Part shown: positions 26,151 to 39,349 of the stretch, one piece after another
Layout: each line of letters opens with the position of its first letter
Position numbering within the stretch: the first letter of the stretch is position 1
Source: Basidiobolus meristosporus CBS 931.73
Lineage: Eukaryota > Fungi > Basidiobolomycota
Assembly (NCBI GenBank): GCA_002104905.1
Contig: MCFE01000185.1
Span: forward strand, 74,348 to 138,347
Reading direction: 5' to 3'
DNA: 64,000 nt
Notes under the pieces: model-generated
Told to the model about the DNA's origin: nothing
Databases searched by the model: none
Seen by the model: only the letters and a program-made list of their open reading frames with translations
Translations under genes and position numbers: made by a program

Positions 26151-27244
26151 TGAATATCCAGGTGGAAATAGAAAATTTACAGCACTTGATATGCTGGAGC
26201 ACATCCAGATTCGCACTGCCCCCATCACCAGGTTGACCTAGGCTGTGCTTTTAGAATGACTGTCTCATTCATTGTGGTCAGCGTTTGTATTTTTACTTTG
26301 TAAAGAATATGTATCCATCATATTGATGGGACTATGGAGTGATCAGGTACCCTGCAAGTCCACTGAGCTTCAATGGATGGAGGTTGGAGACTAGATATGA
26401 TATTCTTGGCGCTGGATAGCCTAATCCAAATCATCACTTTTGACTAGGTAAAATACCTCATTTACCACAATGGCTACTGGGTGGATGCATCGTTATATTT
26501 TGGAAGAGATGGCTTCCAAACTACTGATAGTCTAGACATCGATCTGTTGCACAACCTGGGGTGTACTGAAACTGGCATGGAGCACTAGAAGAGACTCGAA
26601 TGAAACGAACCTCAACCTCACACAGATGAGCATACCATATCCGAGCATACGCATCAACCACAGTTTCCCAGGGCCTTGCTTAAATCACTGCGATTAGTAA
26701 CTCCACAAGGTTCACCAAGAAGTAGATCTACCCTGGACACCACGCACAGCAAGTGGATTTCATACAGATCTTCCAGCACCCCCCCCCAAGTCCCCCTCCC
26801 CTCTTGCCACACACCAGGCAAGAGACTTGGACATCACATCCCCCACTTCATTACGGGGTAGCGGAACAATATGGCAGATGGATCATTTGGAAAAGCAACA
26901 CCAAATCTAACCCGCCCGATTGGAGTCAGGAGGGGTGTTGTCTAAGGTGCAGCGGGAAGCCACCTACTTCCACCCCTACGCCACACGGGGAATTGGCTTG
27001 GATGCGTTGATCGGTTAGAGAAGGGTTTATTTGTCGATTGCATCTCCCCTGGCTGGTGATCAGGAAAGCGGGTGAAGGGAGAGAAGGGGAAGGGGGGATG
27101 GAGAACGTGAGTGAGGATAGATTGACCACACGGCCATTAAGAAATTACATAGTATAGAATAGGACGTGGAGGAGGCGGGCGAGGGAGGGGCCGAAATTTG
27201 GGTGTTGGCGGAGGGACGGTGTGGGAAAGCAGATTCGAGGAGGT

Positions 27245-27985
27245 TTAGGCATGGGCGAAACTGGATAAAGTACACAGCAAAGAGGAAGCCAAGGAGGCTT
27301 CAGGGGTGGTGGCTCTGGAGGCCCTCGGTGGGGATTCCTGTAGGGTGGTGTAATACTTACGCCAGTAACTATGGGACGTATCGAACCACTGTCGCTGGCC
27401 AAGGTCCAGGTATTGGGTGCGTCTAGCCTCCTGCCGACTCCAGTAGTGGCCCAGGCACTGAAGCCAGTGGACGAACTCCTTCTCGGTGGCGTACAGGTCG
27501 AAGTCGATGAACACCAGGAACTCCAACTCCATCCGGTTGAGCTCCTCCACCGGGATCCGGGTCACTTCGGACCAGGTTTTGTTGGTGTAGGTGGAGTCGT
27601 CCAGAAACTTGCTGGCCAACATCAGGGCCACCGTGAACAGTCTATACTCGGAGCCCTTGTCTCCGCCGGCGGAGGGGCTGTAACTTTTGAACCGATGAAT
27701 GTACTGCAGTGCGGTCAGGATGATGGTGGACGACAGCTCGGTGGTGAAGATCAGCGCGCTGCAGAACGCCTTGAAATCCGCACTGGCGGTGTGGGAGAAG
27801 GAGCTGAACTGGGTGCTCCACATGTAGCTCACCATATTGGCGGCGAACTCGGCCAGCCGGAAGGTACTAATGTCCGGGAGGAACTGGAGAATCCTCTCGC
27901 GCACCACTGACTCGCACTGCTGGCTGGCCCTGCTGAACACGCAAAAATCCGTATGGTCGTAGTCCGAAGCGTATCGAGTTCCCAT
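27245..27985 (-). CDS. Pho80/Pcl-family cyclin
   Basis: Cyclin box FCSALIFTTELSSTIILTALQYI...YRLFTVALMLASKFLDDSTYTNKTWSEV...ELNRMELEFL. ATG at 27985. The C-terminal exon structure is uncertain. Confidence 0.85.
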   Translation of the reverse strand: MGTRYASDYDHTDFCVFSRASQQCESVVRERILQFLPDISTFRLAEFAANMVSYMWSTQFSSFSHTASADFKAFCSALIFTTELSSTIILTALQYIHRFKSYSPSAGGDKGSEYRLFTVALMLASKFLDDSTYTNKTWSEVTRIPVEELNRMELEFLVFIDFDLYATEKEFVHWLQCLGHYWSRQEARRTQYLDLGQRQWFDTSHSYWRKYYTTLQESPPRASRATTPEASLASSLLCTLSSFAHA

Positions 27986-29504
27986 GGTTCGCACTGTGAA
28001 CGTACTACGTGACAGGGGCGAAGAATGAGTGAGGGAAGTCGACTGAGGGGAAGGGGGAAACGTGGCGACCGTTGGGTTCGTGGGTGCTTTATACCTGAAC
28101 CGGCACGCCTACCAGTGTGACTTGGGCGAAGTTACACCAAATGCCCTTCCAGTTGATCAGATCTCCAATGGAATCCACCTTACATCAGCAACTGGATTAT
28201 TTATACATCAATCGCACTGATGTTCACTCGCTACCAGCCGAGCCACGCACGATTTTCACATGGGACTCATGATAATCAGGCTCATTCTCGGTCTGGTGAG
28301 TGGGTAGCTTAGATCGAAAAGTCCATGTTCCACATCACCGCTTGCATCTACTCACCAGTGGCCACATTACACTGGTGATCTCACCCTCCCCTGCCAGAGT
28401 CAGGGATGCCTCAGCTAATTAGACGAGCATTTTATCATGCATCGACCCATCGTGGCGAAGGGTCGGATTTATGCCAAACAGCCCGTTTGTCTCATAATGT
28501 GGAGCGGTGTTGCACAACGGCAAGCTCAGCCAACAGCAACCTGGTTGGCCTGACCAAGAACAAATCATTCGTAAACCAAATCATGCTTCCAAAATGGGGG
28601 GAATAGTTTATTTACAAGTTTCCAGGGGGTCCGCTGGCGTACCTAGAGGAAGGGTTGTGTGAGTCATGGATGGGACGGGATGGGAAGAATCTGGATGAGG
28701 GTGCTCAGTCCGGAAAGATGTCTGTCACAGCGGATCAGTAGTCTAACAAATATTTTGGATACCATCATCGCACCTCCCTCCTTACGCTAAATGCTACTTA
28801 CATTGTCATTGACATAGCACGGCGTTCAACCAGAGATACCGATGGGTCGCGGTCTAATGGGGATGGAGATTAGTTATGTGGTGTGGATGGGCTATCTTAG
28901 GATAATGCTCAGTATATGACTGTCCAACATTGTAGTTTCGGTAGTCTAACAAATAATTTATACCATCATAGCATCGGTTAAGATTGCATGGAATTGCTGA
29001 CTTACCTCCGAATGATTGCGGATACCTGAACTTCCGCCCTTGTCCGCACTTATATATCTGCGCTCCTTTGCATGATTGGACCTGGAGCGAGAAAAAATTC
29101 CTCTCCTAAGGCATGGGTGCCTGGGTGTCCCCCTAGTGAATAGCGGTCGGTGAATCCGATTGGGCCCCAAGGTTTCTAGAAAAATCTCGTTCGGGTTTGT
29201 GATAATGCAGCTGGAGGGCGGACCAATCCGGAGGTGCTATCGCGTAAGGGCAGAAACCGAGCTCTATCCATGAGTTTGTTTATTGACGTGGGTGGGAGCG
29301 GGGGTAGGAGAGGGAGTCGGGTGCAGCAGAGTATTCATACGTCGCTAGCGAATGGAAAGAGTATCGCCACTCTATGGCCAGTTGGGTTTCTTATCTTGGG
29401 CGTGATTATGCTAGGATTCGAGGGCTCCTGGTTAGGCAGTATGGGAGTGGGATAAAGGGTTGGGGGTGTGGAATATGGGGTCGATCGCATCGGTAGCCAA
29501 TTCC

Positions 29505-30269
29505 TTAGTGATGTCCACTGGTTCCACCATAACTTTCGTGCCCACTACCTACAGATGCAACTTCAGGGATTGTTTCGGCCCCTATCGACTGGAAATGTTG
29601 TGGCAGATCTTGAATTGGATCGTGGTGCCCGCTGAACCCGCCATACTGCGTATGTGCAGCTGCACTCTCGTGAGCCTGGTTGCTGCTGACTGAATGAGTG
29701 CTTACGGAGATCGTCTCCTGAGCGCTGGCGGTGTTGGTAGGTATACTGGACATGGTCCCTGAATTCTCGTCGGCCATGTAGGCGGTTGGGACATCCTTTG
29801 GTGGGTATATCTCCGTCGCCTGGCTGTCTGGGTGGTTCGAGTCGGTTGAGAAGTCGTCCTCGATATCATTGGCTGGTGCAAGCTCGGAGGCAGCTTCGTC
29901 TGGCAGCTCCTCTTGATCTGGATGACCGACGTCGGTAAAGGTCAGATCGGTCTCGTCTATGCTCGTCGAATCAGAGCTATCATCCTGATATTCATATACA
30001 TCATCGTCAAGTTCAATCTCGGTATCCGTGTCATTGCTCTGTGGAAGAGCCTGATGCCGCCACCAAACATTATTGGCATCGCTTGTGCCGGAGTCGTTTT
30101 GGGGGCTTGTTTCTGCCGAACCTCTGGATTTGGAACAGCTCTGGTACTGCTGGTCTAAACCAGATATGTTGTAAGCTTCAGTCAGGCCATTTGCTGTACG
30201 GGCAAACAATGTGGCAGCGTCAATGGATGACGTCCCCAAGATAAGCAAAATCAGGGATGGTACTATCAT
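29505..30269 (-). CDS. Secreted acidic low-complexity protein
   Basis: ATG plus signal peptide MIVPSLILLILGTSSIDA; D/E/S/T-rich body. Confidence 0.6.
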   Translation of the reverse strand: MIVPSLILLILGTSSIDAATLFARTANGLTEAYNISGLDQQYQSCSKSRGSAETSPQNDSGTSDANNVWWRHQALPQSNDTDTEIELDDDVYEYQDDSSDSTSIDETDLTFTDVGHPDQEELPDEAASELAPANDIEDDFSTDSNHPDSQATEIYPPKDVPTAYMADENSGTMSSIPTNTASAQETISVSTHSVSSNQAHESAAAHTQYGGFSGHHDPIQDLPQHFQSIGAETIPEVASVGSGHESYGGTSGHH

Positions 30270-31162
30270 GTCTTGAGGGATCTAAGGATTCGTATACGTG
30301 TGGTTGGCTTCACTCTCCGGGGATCCACAGACTGGTATATATATCAAGCAATCCTTGGATGCACGTTGGAGTTGTTTCTAACAAGGGAATTATTTGGCAC
30401 AGATGGTGTTTGGTGGGTATCAAATGCACACAGTATTTGTTGATGACTGCATTGCTGCCAGATCCACAACGGTGCATCTGCTACGTTTTTACGCTACGCG
30501 GATAACAGGATCTGGGGTGGAGTCGGGCTTTGTTTCAAGGATTTCCAAATCCACCTACTTCTTGTCGTGTGGCTTGTTCTATGCCATTGCAAGTGAAAGC
30601 CACAAACATTCGATAATTATCGACCCATGTGCATTGGATTCTATATTTGAGCTGGTGTGACTGCCGGTGTACAAATTCCAAGGATTTCGCTCGATAACAG
30701 GTGACCTTTCTCTCTCACAAACACCTCACACATTGGCAATCTATTTTCAGCAGATTAAGAGCCATGAGTGATTTCACTGTCAATATCCAAGGCTCTACGT
30801 TTACCCAATGGAGACCTGCAGGCCAAGGATATAGCATCTTGGGAGCAGGACATCCCATTTTGTAAACGCCCGCCCACAAGGAAGGTTGCCTTCCCGATAA
30901 TGCAGCCAGCGATTTCGCTCGGGGCTCATAACCTGTTGATGGCGGCTTGTTAGTGCATGCTGTGCTATGTGTGGAGAGGGGATCAACATCCCAGTGAACA
31001 AATCCCGTTCTTGGAACATAAAATTTCGGTTATTTTGTCAATGAGCGAACAATGGTGTCTATTGATTTGACATACATCGGGTGGAAGAAATAAATAGGAT
31101 GGCATTAAAGTATTAGGCAACAAATAATTAAGAGTCTATTGTGTAATTGAGTAAGTTGACTT

Positions 31163-32152
31163 CTATCCAGTGGGCTTCAACCCTGGCCCAAGCTCATGGT
31201 TGAGTATCCCCTGTTGACAGTGCACATCCTGATGAATCTGCAAGCCAGGAATTCCCTTCCTTTGGCACCGCCACCCATTGGAAATGACCAGGTAGGTAAA
31301 GGCTGATTGATCCTGCCGGTGGTTGGCCCTACTAGAGCCTGGTGGCGCTATGCAGGCCTTGACCAAAGCACAATCAAGCAGTGACCGGATGAGCTTGCTC
31401 ATGATGGTTTCCTTTCCGAGTATTATAGCTGATGAACGCCCCATTGCTGTTTTTTACGTGGGCGTAGCAGGTCGCGGGGGCATTGAAATAGGCATACATT
31501 CCGGGAGGAGTATATTCCTTCATGAATCCAGTGCTGGTGGGGTTGTAGTAGCCGTGCACTTTAATACGGCCCACCACGGAGTGTAGAAAGGCAGAGCTGA
31601 CACGCTCTTTGCAGTCCATCCACAGTATAACACCGGGGTACCTCCCGGCAGTTTCGTTGATGATCCCAGCCTTCCAGGCATACTCACCACGGCTTATCTG
31701 GATGTTCCGGAATGCGGGATACCTCGCATAGTCGAAGCGGACCACCTCATCGGCATAGCCTTTCTACACAACGCCGTCAAGCTTAGCTCGCTCCTTCGAA
31801 GTGAGGCCTATATTGTAAACAACTATACGGGGTAGTTCGCTGCGTGGAAGAGTATCAGGCATGCTATACAAGAAGCGGAGTACGGGGCAAAAATGGTTGG
31901 AGCTCGCGGCGGTGACGATGGTGTATGGGCGTCCATTCCTCGCCTCGTACATGCTCTGGAAGCATCCGTTGTTGAGCTCTGAAAGCAAGTATGTTCATTA
32001 GAGAAGCAACTGGATATGAGTGCTGGGTGGTACCTACCATCAATGGAGCACAGGAGGTTTGTCTTCAAATTGTATGCAGTCAGGGTTGATGTGAATATGA
32101 ACCCCAGAAATATCAACACCAGCCAAAGCAACGTGGCCCTCCTTCTGTTCAT
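31163..32152 (-). pseudogene. DUF1647-like (putative glycosyltransferase) type II membrane protein, disrupted
   Basis: N-terminal TM; intron 31979-32038; motifs TAASSNHF, IVVYNIGL, EYAWKA, LWMD and CIAPPGSSRANHRQDQSA. In-frame TAG at 31764-31766 and a frameshift near 31415. Confidence 0.7.
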
Positions 32153-33186
32153 TTATTGCGGAGATGGAAAATGCGAAATGCCCTGAGAAAAACTGCTGGT
32201 TGACGCGGCGGGTTGAGTTTAAATAGTGGGGAGGGGAGGGGAGTAGCAAAGCTATGAAGCAGGATGCGGTGTAATCAGTTGCAAATCCTAAAGCATGTTC
32301 ATTACGGAGCCTTAATTGTTGGCGCACTTCAGGCAGAGTGTAAGCTGAGATTGGGTTACTTTGGTAACACCTTGCTACTGCTCCTATTGCTGAAGAATGC
32401 ACCATCTTTCTCAATAGGCAGGCATTCCCACTGAAGCTACACACGGCCGTTAAGCTTATATCTGCGAAGACCTCAAATCGCATATGGCAATGGCGTACAC
32501 GGTTTCCAGAGCTGCCACTGAGAATCGGCGGGTAAACCCCATCGATCTTCACCAATAAAGTAGGCTCTTTGGTCACTCGGCATTTCCTTGATATGGGATT
32601 CCTTACATCGTTGAGGCTTGGCCATGGGGACTTTCAGGGTCTGTACGATCCGAGGCTCGCATCGAGCGTTCACATGGATGCCGAGAGGGTTGTTTTTAGG
32701 GCACCTGCATGATCCAACTGACCATTGCTGTGTATGCTGTGCCTCACGCCGACAGACATATCGAACCTAAATGCGTAGCTTGGTTATCACTTAAGGACTT
32801 AAAGCGACAAGCTCGGAAACACCCATCATGCGAGTCGTTCCGAAATATACGCACACGAGGAGATGGTGAGACTGCCTTCGCCAATTCCTGAACACTCAAG
32901 CATTGCGTGTGACGATCTAGCCTGGACATCACCAGCCAAATGCCAAGGAATGGGAAGGCGTACGTGGCACCAAGGAGGATTGGGATGCCAGCTTTGTTTC
33001 AGTATTCAGCGGTGGCGTCGCCGATGCGGGGACGAAGGGGTGGATCATGGCAAGCATCAATGTATAATTCAATTTCGTTTACTTTTGTGGCCGATTATTT
33101 AGGAATGGTACATTTTGTGGACGACAAACAAATATATATGCACGTGATATGTAGGTAGAGAATGGCGGAGACACTAGGAAGCAGGC

Positions 33187-36100
33187 CTATAGTTGGGTAG
33201 CATTCATGAGGTAGAACTCTGCGCTGTTTTCGCCAGTTCTGGGAAGATCGTAGAAGATTCTACGCGCAATACTCTCGTTGGCCCCGAACGAGAGATCGTT
33301 CTGCTTTTGATCGCTCAGGATCTCCTTCAGATCGGCCTTGTGCTCCTGGACCCAATGGTCCCAGAAGGAGGCGATGGAGCTGTTCATGATCTTAATAAGA
33401 TCAATCTCCCCGGGGTTTCCGGCCTTGCCCTCATTCGTGATGGCCTTGTATACCACGATCAGACATTCAACAGCGATTTGGCGCTCAGCGGGGTCCAGAA
33501 TGCAATCGAGGAACTTCTCGACCTCGAGGGCGAAGTTGAACTCTTCAGGGGTCTTTTCAGAGACGGTGGGGTCCCTGGGAAGGAAATATTCTCCGATGCG
33601 GATTCCCTTGGAGTTTTCGAGGACCTTCCAGACCTTTGGATAGAATCTTTCTGGCACGCGGTTGAAAGCACCGTCATTCTTACGTCTGCGCAGCCAGCGA
33701 CCGTTGGAGGGGCCATGGTGCGATGAGGTCTTGAACGAGTTGGTTGCTTTGTGAGTGGAAAGATCGTACACCTTTCTCAAAACCTCTGTGGGCCCCGTGC
33801 CGGATGCCTTGTGGGCCTCCACAGCCTCTCCCTTGGCAGCTCCCTTCTCACCAATCAAACACCAAGAATCCCGATACTTGATGGTATCGATGTGTTTGCT
33901 ACCCAGGCCTTCGATGGCAAGCTTGGCATTCAGCGTCAAATGCTCAACGAAGTCATCCTTGGCACTGATCACCACAACGGTGCCGGGGTCAAGCCACTCG
34001 ACAAGCTTGACGAAGTCCTCCGCGTCATTCTCGGAGATATGGGTATCGAAGCTAGTGGTCTCAAGGATTACTCCCTCAACGGGGTCGACCACGACCACAT
34101 TCAACCCACGGTTACTGATGTTGATGGAGTTCTCGTTGATCTCGATGCGGGAGAAGTTCCCGTCAGCATAACCCGCGGACTGCACGCTGATGTTCAATAG
34201 AGATTTGTTGCAGGATCTGTCCACCACACACACATTTCTCCAGCGATTACCCACTTGCTTGCTCTCAGTGGTGACCGACTCGCCACCGCTACTGCTCAGA
34301 TTGGGGCCGCTGAGAATGGTGCCAAGCAGCGACTTCAGCTCGTATGGGCTAAGCTGGGTCAGCTGCTCGACAGCCTCCTCCTCATCGCAGCCCTTCATTC
34401 TGGAGATTTCTTCACGGAGGGCGATGATGATGTAGTGGGTTCGGAGACGCATGATACCTTCAAACAGTTGTGGATCAGCACGCATGAAGCTACCGAGGTA
34501 AGTAAGGATTTCTTGAACCAAGGAGGCCTCGCGAACATCATCAGCACTACGCGAGTAGATGATATCAGTGAGCGCCTCGGGAGCCAGGGGAGATGTGATG
34601 AAGATCTCATTCTCACCGGACCCAATGGTGACCTCCTTCTGGCGGATCACCAGATCGGTCAAATTGATGGTCAGCGAGCTGGCCACCTTCTTGAGGAGGC
34701 CTGCGGACTGACGCACAATTCCCCAGAGCTTGAGTTGGAGGGCCTTCTTGTAGATCTCCTCCACCAGCACACCGACGGTTGCCATGAGTGGCTCGACATA
34801 CAGCTCTGCACCATGGCATGAGTACAGATAGTGGAGAAGATCGATCTGGTCGAACATGTTCGTGGTGGAGCCGAGTAGCGAGAGGGCTGCGGGAACTTGG
34901 GAGGTATCCCCGAGGGTCAGGGCAAGCATATCAGCAGTGATCGGAGATTCGGGATCGGATTCATCATCTTCGGTGGGAGGCTCCACGGGCTCCGCTTCGA
35001 TATTATTACTGATTTCCTTGGCGCTGGGTTTGCTGTCGACAGTGCTGGTTGGCTCTTCGGTCTTCACCTGTACACCAAAGTACCCCTCCTCGGTGGACTT
35101 CTCCGACTGGATAAGAGGGGTCATCAGATTCGAACTGGACCAGATACCAGACTTGGTTCTTTGGATCGAACGACGTCTGGAGCTCGAGCGTTTAGAGGAC
35201 TTGGATCGGAGTCTTATACCGGATGCACCAGCGTTGCAGCCGCGAAGGGTGGCCTGCCAATCCACTTGGTTCTTGTTGACCAAGAAATCAAGGCTCTCGA
35301 TGCAGCTTGTGTTGACCATCTCGTTAAGTCTGCCCAACTTGACCCGAACACCATTGCAATTTCCGGTGCGAAGAGTCATCATGAAATTCATCAGGTTGCG
35401 CTTGTTGCTCCACCCGAGGGCGTTTCTACGCCATTGCTCCTCGTTCTGATCCTCCGCGTTCGATCTCAAGAACTGGGACGAGGCAGCCGGTAGCTGTTCC
35501 CCGTTGAGCATTTCATGGGTGAGGAGGACAACGACAGTTGGTCTGCCTGGGTAGAACCAATGCTGTTGAACGAAGGCAAGCTCATGCTCGAAGACGGAAA
35601 CTAGGTAGTCATTGTCCGAAGACAGGTAGAACTGCTCCTTGTCCATGAAGTTAGGTGTGAAGGCATGAAGCTGTCCTTGAACGCGGTAGAGCTTACTGGT
35701 ACCCAGTGTGCCGATGGGTCTGCCGGGTCTTCCGGAAAGCGCTAGCTTTTCATTCATGCCCAAGGTGGCGTACACCTCCTTGAGAGCATTGGGCGGGGAG
35801 ATGGTGATTGGGCTGACCTGCTCAAAAGTCTGGGTTTCCAATCCGTATGTGGCCAGTTGGGATTGAAGGGCAGCATCCTCGGCCACTAGAGCGATCTGAA
35901 CGACGGTATCGGTGTAGTGAGTACGTTGGGCGTTGAATCTGCGCCCGAGCGGGTCGACTTCAGAAACCGAGAGTAGTTTGTCGTAGATCAGATTGCCAAG
36001 GATGTAGAGCGAATTGGCCCACACAAGAGGGATGTTGTCGTTGGGTACACGTGTCTGGGAGCCGGGATTCGCCTTTTCAGCTTCGACAGCTTCCTTGGGG

Positions 36101-37454
36101 ACAATATACAATTCGGGGATTAAGGGGAAGCTCTCACGGGCTCTGGGCGAGAGTGGAGGAGTCTTTGGTGGAGTGCGGCCGACCGGAACCTCGGCGTCAC
36201 ACACGCAATCGCCGAAGTGCTCGATCTCAATGGAATCCACGATCAATGGCTCGATAGCGTCCTTGTAACGCTCAACCAAGTCATCATCCCCCAAGAATAA
36301 GCCGTCCAGGATCAGGTAAGTGAAGAACAGTGGCCACTCGCACTCGATATGTTCGAAGATCTCAAGCTCGTGCGCATTATAGTACAGGCGCGAAGTGTCC
36401 TCCAGGATGGACTGGTGACCATCACGCAGGAAGCGCTTGCAGCCGTATTTGCCTCCAAGCTTTGTGATGATCTCATTCCGGGTTTTCTCCACCAGGCTTG
36501 GATCAGCAACGGCGAAGGCAGGGAACCCAATGACCGACAGGATAGCGGCATCGATTTCCTTGGAGTTCGACTCACGAGGGAGCGCGGAGTGAAGGGTATT
36601 GAAATTGCGAGTGAACTCATCGGGGAGAACGTGGATCACCGAGGAAGGGCCCCCCTTGGGCCCAAACAAGTTGACACCATTGATGGCCTGCAGAGCAGCA
36701 ACGGCCATTCCAATGGAGGAGGAGTTCAGCTCGGCTTCACCGTGGTTGATTTTGTTTCCGCGCTCCCAGATACCGTAATCTGGGGTGCGGTAGGCGCGTT
36801 CGATGTAGAACACCAAGTTCTGCACGAAGTCCACCTCATCCTGTGTGTAGACGATGCGGAGTCCGCTTGCTGTCATCTGGGCCAGGGTGAGCAAAAACAA
36901 GCTGGTGGCATCGATTTGCAGATGTCCCCACTCGGCATCCCCCACAACAACGTCACCTGTGTTTGTGTTGTACTTGGCGTGGAGTGCGTCCATGAGATTC
37001 TGCGTGTGCTTGAAAACCTCCACCTTCTGGGCCTGGCGCATCATTGAAAACAGGAGGCCACGCATAAGCTTTATCACGGAGTGCTCAAGCTCGTCTAGGA
37101 TTGGGAAATCTGGTTAGAAACAACGCTGGAGAGAACAATTGGACGGGATCATACAAGCACGGCCGTCGTCATCATCGATTTTGCGATATGCCAAGGCGAG
37201 ACCATAAACGGCCATTATAGAATATACATTATCTCTGTTCAATAGAATCATCAGCATCAATCCCGAGACAACGGATGGCAAAGCAATGCAACTAACCTCA
37301 CCCATGCGTCACGATAGTCGCCATGGGTAGTAACCGCCACCGAAGCAGGGATAAGGCCTGTGACAGGGTTTTGTCTGTTCAGAATGATGGCTTTAACAGC
37401 CCTATAGTAATAGTCTAATTTCTCCTGAATGCGACGAGTCTGGACACGAGACAT
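33187..37454 (-). CDS. Phosphorylase kinase alpha/beta regulatory-subunit homolog (GH15-like) with ILEI/PANDER-like insert
   Basis: Exons 37454-37297, 37234-37155 and 37094-33187 (GT-AG introns of 62 and 60 nt) join to give DAWVRDNVYS...YELEHSVIKLMRGLL. Motifs WGHLQIDA, PDYGIWERG, GCKRFLRDG and ECEWP. ILEI-like RGLNVVVVDP...FDT...YRDSWCLIGEKG. Confidence 0.92.
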
Positions 37455-39349
37455 CTTTGATGGGTTTCTCGGGTAGAGTTATGCAAGAGACAATGGGCAG
37501 AGGAACGTTCAGAGGTGTAGATGTGTGGAGCGGAATTAAGGGGCCGAGGAGATTGGAATGTATCTGTCATGACGTTGAGCCATATGGTATTTATAGGCCA
37601 ATTTTCAAGCCACAAGAATCCATGAGGGATTTGGCTACGTAATCTAGAAATCGAATCTGAGCTTGAGGAATTGATTACCTCCATTTCCAAATGCGGTGGA
37701 GTCTACTGGCACACTCTGGTAATTATTTCTGCTGCACCACCCTATTGACCAAGATAATCCCCATCTTTTGAAAGGGTCAAATTCCCTATCGCTTGATCAG
37801 GGGATAGTTGATATCAATTTTGGACTTGGACGGCAGTTGGGAAAACAAGGGTCCAAAAAGGCTGGTCAGAACCATGGCAGAGTTTCGATCTAAAAATACT
37901 CACCACCCATGCGCCCGCCTCAAGGGCAGCCCCAGGACCACGCTTTCGAGCGCTGCGTGTGGCTTCTCGGGGTGATTTGCGGTTTGCGATTGCTTTGGGA
38001 TAGTGTGTGGAGAAGAGAGGGGCTAAAGCTACCATCTCTGATAAACGATTTTGTGATACACCGACGCTGCAGTTTAGTGGATCGTCTAGTCATTGTAATA
38101 CCTACCGGTGGTATTCAACCTTATCAACTCTTGGGTGGTGTCATTTTTCATCGGCTATATCATGAGTTGCTCGGGAGATATCCTTAGATATCCCTAGCAT
38201 AGGGGATTCGAGCTATAGCGCGAAAGAAAGGTTAGGTAGAGTTGGCGGGGTTACACCTGTGTCGTGGTGTAACCGCATACGTCATCCAGCCATTGTAGCT
38301 GTATTGCGTAAATCAATTGAAGTCCAGAGTTGACGCGGGCTTTCCAACAATCATTCATTGACATTTGGGTATCTAGGATGTCATTGCGAATGATGATTTC
38401 AACCCAATGTACGACCAAGGAGGGCGATATCATGTCTATTGTGGCATCCACTTGGTATATGCTGGTGTTTTTGGGGGTGGATGGACTGGTTTGCCTGAAC
38501 GGGCCTATCTTTTCCATAGCGCCTCGCTCATAGGTCTGATGTAGCTGCCAAATGCCAGATATAGTAACTCAACCTTACTTGTAATATCCTTTAATAAGCT
38601 GCCCGAGCCAGAATTGCTAAATACCACGCTCGTGTTCTGGGATGCTGGATGCCTCGGAAGCGAGTTGAAGGCATATTATTGATGCGCTACTGCAAGGCTG
38701 GAGTCATGAAATGAATGTGTGCTGTGGATTGGGTTGTCAAAAATAGCAGCCACGCTGAACACTATCATCGTACTTGCATCAAGCCATCCGAACGAGCACA
38801 TTCCAGCATAAGGGGCCTCCCATTCCTACTTGGGATATTCCAGATTAAAGGAAACATGGGATACTCATGCCTAATGTATTTTATTAGGCTTCATTGGCCA
38901 CTGGCTACTCCAATCGATCCCATTTTTCGTTGGAATGGCATCAGAGATTTCCCTTTCGCCCATTGGCTTCTGCTGAGCATAAATGAATGATCTAAATCTC
39001 ACTTGATTGATGAACATATGCCCTGGGACTTGAACATTCCGCCATTGCCATTGGCTCAATACCTCGGTAGCCAGCCGACTTTCATGCTGGCTGGTTATGT
39101 ATTTGTTATCAACAAAGTTTTAACTTTCTGGATCGTAGATTGGTGAGTGGACGGATTTTATCTTCCACAATAAATTCATTCCGGTTTCTTACGACGTAAA
39201 TGATGTTTTATTGGTATGATATATAATACGGGTTTGTATTTCACGATAAAATAAATGACTGTGTCAGGATGTAAGATACCCAAACTATTAACATGAAGAC
39301 AAAAAATGTATGTATATATAACAAGTCCAAAATGAACTGTGTAAGAAAG

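Noticed and set aside
33193-37117. Numerous long opposite-strand ORFs over PHK, cyclin, ENA, monooxygenase and TEL-A
   Set aside because: Antisense shadows of real coding sequence; no independent motifs.
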